Below are positions 1 through 7,056 of a DNA stretch of 14,469 nt, piece after piece (within the stretch, counting starts at the first letter, position 1; every line of letters starts with the position of its first letter). The stretch comes from an uncultured bacterium. Lineage in GTDB: Bacteria; Lernaellota; Lernaellaia; Lernaellales; Lernaellaceae. Below the pieces are notes generated by a model that saw only the letters and a program-made list of their open reading frames with translations, did no database searches and had not been told where the DNA came from. A program made the position numbers and the translations under genes. The stretch lies in NCBI GenBank assembly GCA_964534375.1, contig CAZHPN010000156.1, positions 1 to 14,469 of the forward strand. Direction: 5' to 3'.

Positions 1-1
1 C

Positions 2-55
2 GGGTTGAAGGCGCGGAAGATCAATCTGCCGACCTATCTCCGAAAATTCAAATAG
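2..55 (+). CDS. 3' end of an upstream CDS (partial, unknown product)
   Basis: Frame 2 reads GLKARKINLPTYLRKFK then TAG at 53-55. A GC hairpin (gaggc-gcc-gcctc, 68-80) follows. Too short to assign a function. Confidence 0.3.
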   Translation, partial: GLKARKINLPTYLRKFK

Positions 56-120
56 GACGAGCGGCGGGAGGCGCCGCCTCGCGGTTGGCCGCGGGCGAGC
101 GCGGGCTCGGAACGGCGCTT

Positions 121-178
121 CATTCCCTAGGCATTCCGTAGGCATTTTTCGAGCATTACCGGCTGAGACCGAATGCCT
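121..178. repeat. Four phased 11-bp direct repeats plus an inverted half-site; candidate regulator binding array
   Basis: cattccctagg / cattccgtagg / catttttcgag / cattaccggct start at 121, 132, 143 and 154. gaatgcct (171-178) is the reverse complement of aggcattc (129-136). Confidence 0.55.
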
Positions 179-312
179 TATATATGCCGCCGCACCGGAT
201 TTTCGAAGAAGGCCCGATGTGGCGGGCGATGGCGGCGCTGCGTTTCGGTTCAACCGATGAGAACATGAATGAAAGCGCGATCGCTTCGTTCCTGCGCGAC
301 GAGGAATTCTAG

Positions 313-612
313 ATGGAACCGATTCTAAATATCGTCATAGCCGCAGGTTTGTTGCTCGTGGTCCGGCTAATTGGCGAGCGCGGGCGCGTGCGCGCCGCCC
401 ACGAGGCGCGACCAAACGCGGCCGTTCACGGCGGCGAGGCCCAGAGCCGGCGGTTACGGTCACAACCTATACGTTCCTCAATGATCGGCCAGCGCCCCAC
501 CTCGGCTTCGTCCGCGCGGCGCCGGGGGATGGCGGAGCCGCTCGTGAGCCACGGGGGGACCACAACACCGTCCAGCCGGGAACGAACTACACCCTGGGAG
601 ACGTCGTGGTGA
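313..612 (+). CDS. Hypothetical protein with N-terminal hydrophobic segment; possibly degraded or frameshifted
   Basis: GAGG at 301-304 precedes the ATG, and ILNIVIAAGLLLVV is hydrophobic. The remainder is Arg/Ser-rich and looks out of frame. Confidence 0.25.
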   Translation: MEPILNIVIAAGLLLVVRLIGERGRVRAAHEARPNAAVHGGEAQSRRLRSQPIRSSMIGQRPTSASSARRRGMAEPLVSHGGTTTPSSRERTTPWETSW

Positions 613-711
613 CCATCGTGGACAACGCCAGCGCCAACTGCTTCGTCGAGGCCGGACAGACAAACGGAATCGTTTCCTTTGCTTGCACTGTCCTCTTGAA
701 CATGATTTAAC

Positions 712-727
712 TCTCCAAAGTTGGAGA
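712..727. promoter_or_regulatory. Inverted repeat TCTCCAA-AG-TTGGAGA, candidate operator
   Basis: Perfect 7-bp arms with a 2-nt spacer, about 45 bp upstream of the zinc-finger gene. Confidence 0.4.
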
Positions 728-772
728 ATGTGGGTCAGGTTAGAGCGAGCAGCACCTGGGGGAGGATGAAAA

Positions 773-1018
773 GTGTTTGAGCGAGTTCAAGAACGTCGAA
801 CCGGAACCAAGCCGCCGAAGACAATGGCGTGCCCGGTATGCAAGGGCGTCTCGACGGTCCGCGTGTCGGCGTACGAGGCTAGAGCCTGGCACGATCGACT
901 CAAGTCGGGCGAACCCGGCGCGGCCGCATGGGTGGTTCGGCCGTGTTGGGCGTGCGGCGGGGCGGGCCAAATACCCGTCGAACGGCGCAAGGCGAAGATC
1001 GGCCACTTCGACCGTTGA
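773..1018 (+). CDS. Small zinc-finger protein (DnaJ-type CxxCxG motifs)
   Basis: GGAGG at 761-765 lies 7 nt before the GTG start. Two motifs, CPVCKG and CWACGGAG, could form one Zn site. 81 aa, basic. Confidence 0.7.
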   Translation: MFERVQERRTGTKPPKTMACPVCKGVSTVRVSAYEARAWHDRLKSGEPGAAAWVVRPCWACGGAGQIPVERRKAKIGHFDR

Positions 1019-1314
1019 CGGAAGCAGCCGGTTAGGCGCAGGGCGCCGGCCCCGGCGTGTTGACGCCTGTCGTCTTTCGGCCGCAGGCCCGCGGAAATAT
1101 TCCCGATTCAGAACTGAGGGGTTGGCCGTTGAGGCAATCTTAGAATCGCCACAAGGTATTCAAGCACGCTATGCGACTGACAAAAAATATTCTTCTGAAG
1201 CAAGTGCCGACTGCGCGATTCGGGGTTCGTCGAGCGGCGACCCAGGGGCCTCCGCGATGCTATTGGCGGTGCAGATCCGGCGATGTCCCACAAAAAGCCG
1301 GTACGTCGTTTGAC

Positions 1315-2424
1315 TTATTCCCGCTTGAGTTCTTTCGCCAAAATATCGCAAATTTGCCGCGAGGCCGTACCGTCGCCGTACGGGTTTTTCGCCTGGGCCA
1401 TCGCGGCGTACGCGGCCGGATCGTCGAGCAGGCGCGACGCCTCGGCGACGATTTTTTCGGCGGAGGCGCCGACGAGTTTGACCGTGCCGGCGTCGACGCC
1501 CTCGGGGCGCTCCGTGGTTTCGCGCATCACGAGCACGGGTTTGCCGAGCGCGGGGGCTTCTTCCTGAATGCCGCCGGAATCGGTCAGCGCCAAATAGGCG
1601 CGCTTCAGCAAATGGACGAACGGCTCGTAATCGAGCGGCTCGATCAGGCGGACGTTCGGGATGCCCTGCAAGATCTCGCCGACCGGCCGGCGGACGTTCG
1701 GATTCAGGTGCACCGGATACAGCACGGTGTCCGCCGGGTAACGCCGCGCAATCTCGGCCAGGCCGCGGCAAAGGTCGCGGAACGGTTCCCCGAAACTTTC
1801 GCGCCGGTGGGCGGTCACGAGAATCAGACGGCCGGGAATCTCGGCGAGCGCGGGGTCGGCGAACCGATGCGGCCGATTCGCGACGTCGAGCAAGGCGTCG
1901 ATGACGGTGTTGCCCGTGATCCAGATGCGATCCGGGGTGATGCCTTCGCGGAGCAGATTGTCGCGATTTGCCGCGGTCGGCGGGAAGTGCCACGCGGCGA
2001 GCACGGTCGTCAGGCGGCGGTTGATCTCTTCCGGAAACGGGGAGTACGGGTTGCCCGTGCGCAAACCGGCTTCGACGTGCGCTACGGGAATGCGCTGGCA
2101 GAAGGCGGACTCGGCAGCGGCGAAAGTCGTCGTGGTGTCGCCCTGGACGATCACGACATCCGGCTTCGCTTCTCGGAGAACAGCCGGAAGGTGAGCGAAC
2201 ACGCCAGCCAGAATGTCTTCGAGAGTCTGCCCCGCCTTCATCAGGTCGAGGTCGAAATCGGGTCGAACGGCAAACAAATTCAGCACTTGGTCGAGCATTT
2301 GTCGATGCTGCGCGGTGACGCAAACCAGCGGCGCGAAAGTCGGCCGGCGTTTCATCTCCAAAACCAGCGGCGCGAGTTTGATGGCCTCGGGGCGCGTGCC
2401 GAAGACAAACAAGGCGCGAATCAT
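1315..2424 (-). CDS. wecB: UDP-N-acetylglucosamine 2-epimerase (non-hydrolysing)
   Basis: Family motifs FGTRPEAIK, TAQHRQM, VQGDTTT, HVEAGLR, PFPEEINR, TAHRRE, TDSGGIQEEAP, ERPEG and NPYGDG. 369 aa, with a GGAGG SD upstream on the minus strand. Confidence 0.97.
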   Translation of the reverse strand: MIRALFVFGTRPEAIKLAPLVLEMKRRPTFAPLVCVTAQHRQMLDQVLNLFAVRPDFDLDLMKAGQTLEDILAGVFAHLPAVLREAKPDVVIVQGDTTTTFAAAESAFCQRIPVAHVEAGLRTGNPYSPFPEEINRRLTTVLAAWHFPPTAANRDNLLREGITPDRIWITGNTVIDALLDVANRPHRFADPALAEIPGRLILVTAHRRESFGEPFRDLCRGLAEIARRYPADTVLYPVHLNPNVRRPVGEILQGIPNVRLIEPLDYEPFVHLLKRAYLALTDSGGIQEEAPALGKPVLVMRETTERPEGVDAGTVKLVGASAEKIVAEASRLLDDPAAYAAMAQAKNPYGDGTASRQICDILAKELKRE

Positions 2425-2441
2425 CGGTCCTCCGTCAGGTT

Positions 2442-2450
2442 ATTTTACCA
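2442..2450 (-). promoter_or_regulatory. Candidate extended -10 promoter for wecB (TGgTAAAAT)
   Basis: The reverse complement of attttacca is TGGTAAAAT, just upstream of the wecB SD. No clear -35. Confidence 0.4.
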
Positions 2451-2532
2451 AGTCTTCCGGATGCAGAATCATACAACAAAATCACGCCGCGCGGCCAGAA
2501 ATTCTCTGGGAGAGAGGCATGCATTTTTGCGC

Positions 2533-2561
2533 TTTACATCGGCCCCTGTTCTGGCTAACAT
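2533..2561 (+). promoter_or_regulatory. Candidate sigma70 promoter P1 of the EPS operon
   Basis: TTTACA (2533-2538), 17-nt spacer, TAACAT (2556-2561). Confidence 0.5.
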
Positions 2562-2608
2562 CGCACGCAAATTCGGCAAGGTTTATTGCGCGGTAGTTGG
2601 GGCGGACG

Positions 2609-2637
2609 TTGGATTTTTGTTTCAATAACTCTATGAT
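2609..2637 (+). promoter_or_regulatory. Candidate second sigma70 promoter P2
   Basis: TTGGAT (2609-2614), 17-nt spacer, TATGAT (2632-2637). It overlaps the first ATG of the small ORF. Confidence 0.35.
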
Positions 2638-2800
2638 TTTGATGGCTTTTATTGTCGTCGCGGTCGTCACGGCGATTTCGTTGTTGATCCTGGCGCGGGA
2701 CTTGCTCGTGTGGTTCGCGCGGCGATTCCGCAACACGCCGAAGGCGATTCCGCGTTTGCCGGACGATGAACCGCGGGACAAGAAGGAGGGAGATGGATGA
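2633..2800 (+). CDS. Small single-pass membrane protein, first gene of the EPS operon
   Basis: MILMAFIVVAVVTAISLLILARDLLVWFARRFR...: one TM helix, then a basic stretch and a charged tail. The stop overlaps the next start (ATGA at 2797-2800). The start could be 2597 (TTG), 2633 or 2642. Confidence 0.65.
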   Translation: MILMAFIVVAVVTAISLLILARDLLVWFARRFRNTPKAIPRLPDDEPRDKKEGDG

Positions 2801-3657
2801 AAGAATCGGAGAAGAGAAACACTGATCTCCGGGAAATGGCCGTGATCCTCGGGGTCGGAATCATGACGGCCATTGTCTTCGAAAGTCAGTTTGATGTGGT
2901 GCAAGTGCACAAATTAGCCTTCGTGCTCGCCTTGCCCGTCGCGTTTTTTGCCGTGGCCAAAGGTTTTCGTTACGGGGCCGTGGCGGCCATCATTGCCGGC
3001 GCGGTGTACGGATCGAAATTGTTGTACGACCAGATCTTCGTTGGGTCGGGCATCGGCGAGGGGCGGCTGCAAACCGAGTTATTCAACCTCGCATCGATCG
3101 TGGGCACAGGCTTTATCGTCGGCCTCATCACCGAATTTCTCTACCACCGGCAGTTGGAGCCGTTCAAAGAAGAAGCGACGATCGTCGAGACGTTCGTGCC
3201 GGATGAAGAAACCGGTTTGTACAACTTCAAGAGTTTTCGCTGGATGCTGCGCGGCGAGATGAAGCGCGTGAAACGCTACAATTCGCCGATGTCGATGGCG
3301 TTCCTGAAAATTAAGAACCTGGACGAATTCCAAAAACGCTACGATTATCAAAAAGAGGTGATGTTGTTCCGCGAGATCGGCCATTTCTTGCGGAGCATGC
3401 TGCGCGAGGCCGACTACGTCGGCAAATACAGCGACAACGAAATCGGCCTGGTGCTTCCGGAAACGGGACTGGCGGGCTGCAACGTCGTCTGCAACCGGAT
3501 GCGCGAGAAGTTCGGCGAGATGCACGACCGGTTGAACAAGATGTGGGACGAGGCGACGCTCGACTTCGAATTCAGCCAGGCCAATTATCCGAAAGACGCG
3601 AGCAACCTCGAAGAACTGATCGATGTGCTGGATACGCGTTACGAGCCGATAAAATAA
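2797..3657 (+). CDS. Membrane-bound degenerate GGDEF protein; putative c-di-GMP receptor (YdaK/PssE/PelD-like)
   Basis: About four N-terminal hydrophobic helices. DEETGLYN marks the GGDEF-domain start. The I-site READ sits five residues before a degenerate active-site motif (SDNEI), followed by LVLPET. Strong SD (AAGGAGG). Confidence 0.88.
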   Translation: MKESEKRNTDLREMAVILGVGIMTAIVFESQFDVVQVHKLAFVLALPVAFFAVAKGFRYGAVAAIIAGAVYGSKLLYDQIFVGSGIGEGRLQTELFNLASIVGTGFIVGLITEFLYHRQLEPFKEEATIVETFVPDEETGLYNFKSFRWMLRGEMKRVKRYNSPMSMAFLKIKNLDEFQKRYDYQKEVMLFREIGHFLRSMLREADYVGKYSDNEIGLVLPETGLAGCNVVCNRMREKFGEMHDRLNKMWDEATLDFEFSQANYPKDASNLEELIDVLDTRYEPIK

Positions 3658-3685
3658 TGCGATGAGGAAGGGTTAGGGTTTCGGT

Positions 3686-5725
3686 TTGTTCCGACGGCTT
3701 GTCTTACCTTTGGCCGGGTTCTTCCTGGCGGTGCTGATTGCCCTGTGGCTGCTGCCGTTAAAGGGGCTCCTGCAGGGCGGACAGACCGCGCTGATCATCT
3801 ACGACGAGCCCAATCCGAAGCACGCCGACCTCGATCGCCTGGACGCGCTGATGCTGCGGCAACTGCTCGGCCATTTCGACCTCGCCGCGATCGACATGGT
3901 CAGCACCGGCGATTACAAGGCCAACCAGGTCAAGAAATACGACGTGGTGTTCTACGTCGGCACGAAGGAAGATCTCGCGCCCCCGACCTACCTGATCGAC
4001 GACTTGTTTTTCCGCAAGGGCACGCTGGTCTGGATCGGCGCCAACCTCCAAAGCATGGACAAACGCCACAAACTTAGTTCCTACGGCCTGCAGTTGGTCG
4101 ACGAAGCCGACACGCATGCGACCAATCGCGTCGAATACAAGGGCAAGTCGCTCTGGAAACTGGACACGCGAACGTACCAGGTCGACGTCGTCGGCCAACG
4201 CGACAAGGTGTTTGCCTGGGCGAAAGGCGTGCCTGGCGCCCCGTTGCCGTCCGGCCAGGCGCTGGTGGCCGGCCCCGAGGTGACCTACGCCGGCATGGAG
4301 AGGAAACCCGAAAACGCCGCCGCCGAAAGCTCGCCGCTGCCGCCGCTCGACGAGAAATTGATGCTGGGCGCGCCGCCGCCGCCGGCGCCGGCCGCGACCC
4401 CCGAACCCGCGCCGCGGGTCGCCGCGGAGACGCGGCTCCCGTGGATCGTGCAGGGCGGGCGTTTTTGGTACGTGGCCTCCGATCCGTTCTCCTATGCCGT
4501 CGAAGGCGGCGCGTATCTCGCCTTTTGCGATGTGCTGCACGACATCATGAAATCCGGCGTCAAAGAGGCGAAGCACCCCGGGTTCGTGCGTCTCGAAGAC
4601 GTGCACGCGTTGCGCAACAGCGCGGACCTGATCGCCGCGGCGGATTATCTCCATTCGCGCCATATCCCGTTCGGCTTCACGTTGATTCCGGTCTACGTGA
4701 ACCCGGCGACCAAACAAACGGTTTACCTGAGCAATTCGCCTGAATTCATCAAGACGATTCACGGGCTGGTGGCGCGGGGCGGCACGCCGATCGTGCACGG
4801 GTACACGCATCAAAGCACCGGCGAGACGGCCGTCGACTACGAATTTTGGGATGTGCACGGCGACCGCCCGCTCGCCAGCAACACGGAGTTCGCCGCCGAA
4901 CGCGTGGTGCGGGCGCTGTCCGAGTGCTTCCTGGCCGACGTCTATCCGGTGGCCTGGACGACGCCGCATTACGCCGCGGGCCAGATCGATTTCGAGGCGA
5001 TTCGCGGCTACTTCACGACGGTCATGGAGCGCCGGCAGCCGATCGACCGTTTGGGAACGGATCAGTTCTTCCCCTACATCATCAAGCGCGACATGCACCA
5101 GCAAATCATCCTGCCGGAAAACCTCGGCTATGTGCAGCCGGCGGTCGGCCGCGATCCAAAAGCCATCTTGCAAGATGCGGACAACAGCCTCGTCGTTCGC
5201 GACGGCTGGGGCAGTTTCTTTTTCCACACCTTTCTCGATTTGAAGTTGCTCCAGGAAATCGTCGACGGCATGGACAAACTCGGCTACACGTGGGTGAGCC
5301 TGACCGAACTCAACAACAAGGCCCGCACCGACGACACCGTGGCGCTGACCGGCTCCGGCGAAGTGAAGTTGACCCTGAAAAGCCAGTACCTCGACACGTT
5401 CACCCTCGACGAGGGCGGCGAAAAACAATCCGAGACCTTTTCGTTCCGGCCCGTGACCGGCAACGTCGATCTGTTCGCCTCGGCGCACAAAGGCGAGGTC
5501 CAGGTGTACCAGGGCGTGTATGCGGCGCCGCCGTTGACGTTCGCCAACCTGCGCAAATTCCGGCCGACGATCTCGGGCGTCACGAGTCCCGTGGCGATTT
5601 TCCTGTTGTTCGTCGGCCTGGCGATTCTATTCGTGTTCCTGACGATCTGGATTTTCCTGTTGACGCGCAAAGCCGGCAATGAGTTCCGCAACGTGTTGCG
5701 CAGCCGCGGGAGAGGGCAAGGCTAG
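3686..5725 (+). CDS. DUF2334-family polysaccharide deacetylase (YdaL/PssB-like), membrane anchored
   Basis: N-terminal signal or anchor. NodB-like metal and catalytic motifs VRLEDVH, VHGYTHQ and TPHYAA, plus PENLGY and SFFFH. C-terminal TM at 5591-5665. The TTG start is uncertain. Confidence 0.85.
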   Translation: MFRRLVLPLAGFFLAVLIALWLLPLKGLLQGGQTALIIYDEPNPKHADLDRLDALMLRQLLGHFDLAAIDMVSTGDYKANQVKKYDVVFYVGTKEDLAPPTYLIDDLFFRKGTLVWIGANLQSMDKRHKLSSYGLQLVDEADTHATNRVEYKGKSLWKLDTRTYQVDVVGQRDKVFAWAKGVPGAPLPSGQALVAGPEVTYAGMERKPENAAAESSPLPPLDEKLMLGAPPPPAPAATPEPAPRVAAETRLPWIVQGGRFWYVASDPFSYAVEGGAYLAFCDVLHDIMKSGVKEAKHPGFVRLEDVHALRNSADLIAAADYLHSRHIPFGFTLIPVYVNPATKQTVYLSNSPEFIKTIHGLVARGGTPIVHGYTHQSTGETAVDYEFWDVHGDRPLASNTEFAAERVVRALSECFLADVYPVAWTTPHYAAGQIDFEAIRGYFTTVMERRQPIDRLGTDQFFPYIIKRDMHQQIILPENLGYVQPAVGRDPKAILQDADNSLVVRDGWGSFFFHTFLDLKLLQEIVDGMDKLGYTWVSLTELNNKARTDDTVALTGSGEVKLTLKSQYLDTFTLDEGGEKQSETFSFRPVTGNVDLFASAHKGEVQVYQGVYAAPPLTFANLRKFRPTISGVTSPVAIFLLFVGLAILFVFLTIWIFLLTRKAGNEFRNVLRSRGRGQG

Positions 5726-7056
5726 TGCCGTACACCAGCGTCTATATCGATCTGCTCTTCCTCGCCTCGGCGATCGGCATTTGGCTGTTCCTGTTGTTCA
5801 ACGTCATCCTGACGTTCTTCGCCTTCCTGCATAGCCTGTCCAGCGAAAAGGAACGGCAGCGGCTGTTCCAAGAGCCCTTCCCGTTCCCGTTTGTCTCGAT
5901 TTTGATTCCCGCGCACAACGAGGGCGTCGTGATTCGCCGCACCATCGAATCGATGCTGGCCTTCAACTACCCGCGCGAACGTCTCGAGGTGATCATCGTC
6001 AACGACGGCTCCACGGACGACACGGCGGAAATTGTCGAGAGCTACGCCGAGCGGTACCGCAACGTCAAATTGGTGAACATCCCGCAGGGCGAGGGCGGCC
6101 GCGGCAAGAGCCGCGCGCTGAACGTCGGCCTCGAGCACGCAATGGGCGACGTCATCAGCGTTTTCGACGCCGACAACCGCCCGGAGCCGAACTCGCTGCG
6201 CTACCTGGTCGCCAACCTGGTCAACGACCCCAAACTGGGCGCCGTGCTGGGCAAGGTGCGCACGATCAACGCCAAGCAAAACCTGCTGACCCGCTTCATC
6301 AACATCGAATTCATTTCGTTCCAATGGATCATCCAGGGCGGCCGCTACAAGATCTTCAACCTCGCGACGCTGCCCGGCACCAACTACGTCATTTGGCGGA
6401 AGGTGCTGGAAAAGGCCGGCCGCTTCGACGAGGAAGCGATTGCCGAAGACGCAGAACTCTCCATTCGCCTCTACGAAATGGGCTACCGCATCAAGTTCAT
6501 CCCGTATGCTGTCACGTGGGAGCAGGAGCCGCAGCAGTTGAAGGTGTTCCTGCGCCAACGCACGCGCTGGGCGCAAGGGATGCACTACATCATTCGCAAA
6601 TTCATGCGCATTGCGTTCCAGATGAAGAACCGGCGCATCATGGTCGACCTGTTCTACATGTTCAGCCTTTACTACATGTTTTTCGTGGCGCTCATCCTCT
6701 CGGACGCCATCGCCGTCCTGTCGCTCGTGGGCGTCGTCAAACTGGGGCTGGTCGGACCGTTCAGCTTCATCTGGTTCCTGGCGGGGATGCTGTTTTTCAT
6801 GGAACTGCTGATCGCGGTCAGCATCGAGGAGGAAGAGAGCTTCACCAACATTGTGCTGGCGGGGCTGATGTATGTCACGTATTGCCAATTGTGGATCGTC
6901 GTCATCTTCCGCGCCGCCTACATGCAGTTCATGCAGAATCGGCGCGGCCAGCGAACGGTGTGGGAAAAAACGATTCGGTATCGGTTACGGCGTAAGACCG
7001 AGGAATCGGGCGTCAGCCGCGATCGCATGCGCGAAATGCGCGACGAGGATCAATAG
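5725..7056 (+). CDS. Processive family-2 glycosyltransferase (polysaccharide synthase; YdaM/PssC-like)
   Basis: N-terminal TM, then IPAHNE, VNDGSTD, GKSRALN, FDAD (DxD), AED (TED-equivalent) and QRTRW (QxxRW). About three C-terminal TMs and a WEKTIR tail. No PilZ domain. The GTG start overlaps the upstream TAG. Confidence 0.93.
   Translation: MPYTSVYIDLLFLASAIGIWLFLLFNVILTFFAFLHSLSSEKERQRLFQEPFPFPFVSILIPAHNEGVVIRRTIESMLAFNYPRERLEVIIVNDGSTDDTAEIVESYAERYRNVKLVNIPQGEGGRGKSRALNVGLEHAMGDVISVFDADNRPEPNSLRYLVANLVNDPKLGAVLGKVRTINAKQNLLTRFINIEFISFQWIIQGGRYKIFNLATLPGTNYVIWRKVLEKAGRFDEEAIAEDAELSIRLYEMGYRIKFIPYAVTWEQEPQQLKVFLRQRTRWAQGMHYIIRKFMRIAFQMKNRRIMVDLFYMFSLYYMFFVALILSDAIAVLSLVGVVKLGLVGPFSFIWFLAGMLFFMELLIAVSIEEEESFTNIVLAGLMYVTYCQLWIVVIFRAAYMQFMQNRRGQRTVWEKTIRYRLRRKTEESGVSRDRMREMRDEDQ

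Noticed and set aside
2516..2591. Sigma54 (-24/-12) promoter reading of the GGCA...TTGC boxes
   Set aside because: Both have 11 nt between GG and GC, whereas sigma54 needs 10. Kept only as candidate regulator sites.
2797..3657. Active diguanylate cyclase
   Set aside because: The GG(D/E)EF motif is replaced by SDNEI.
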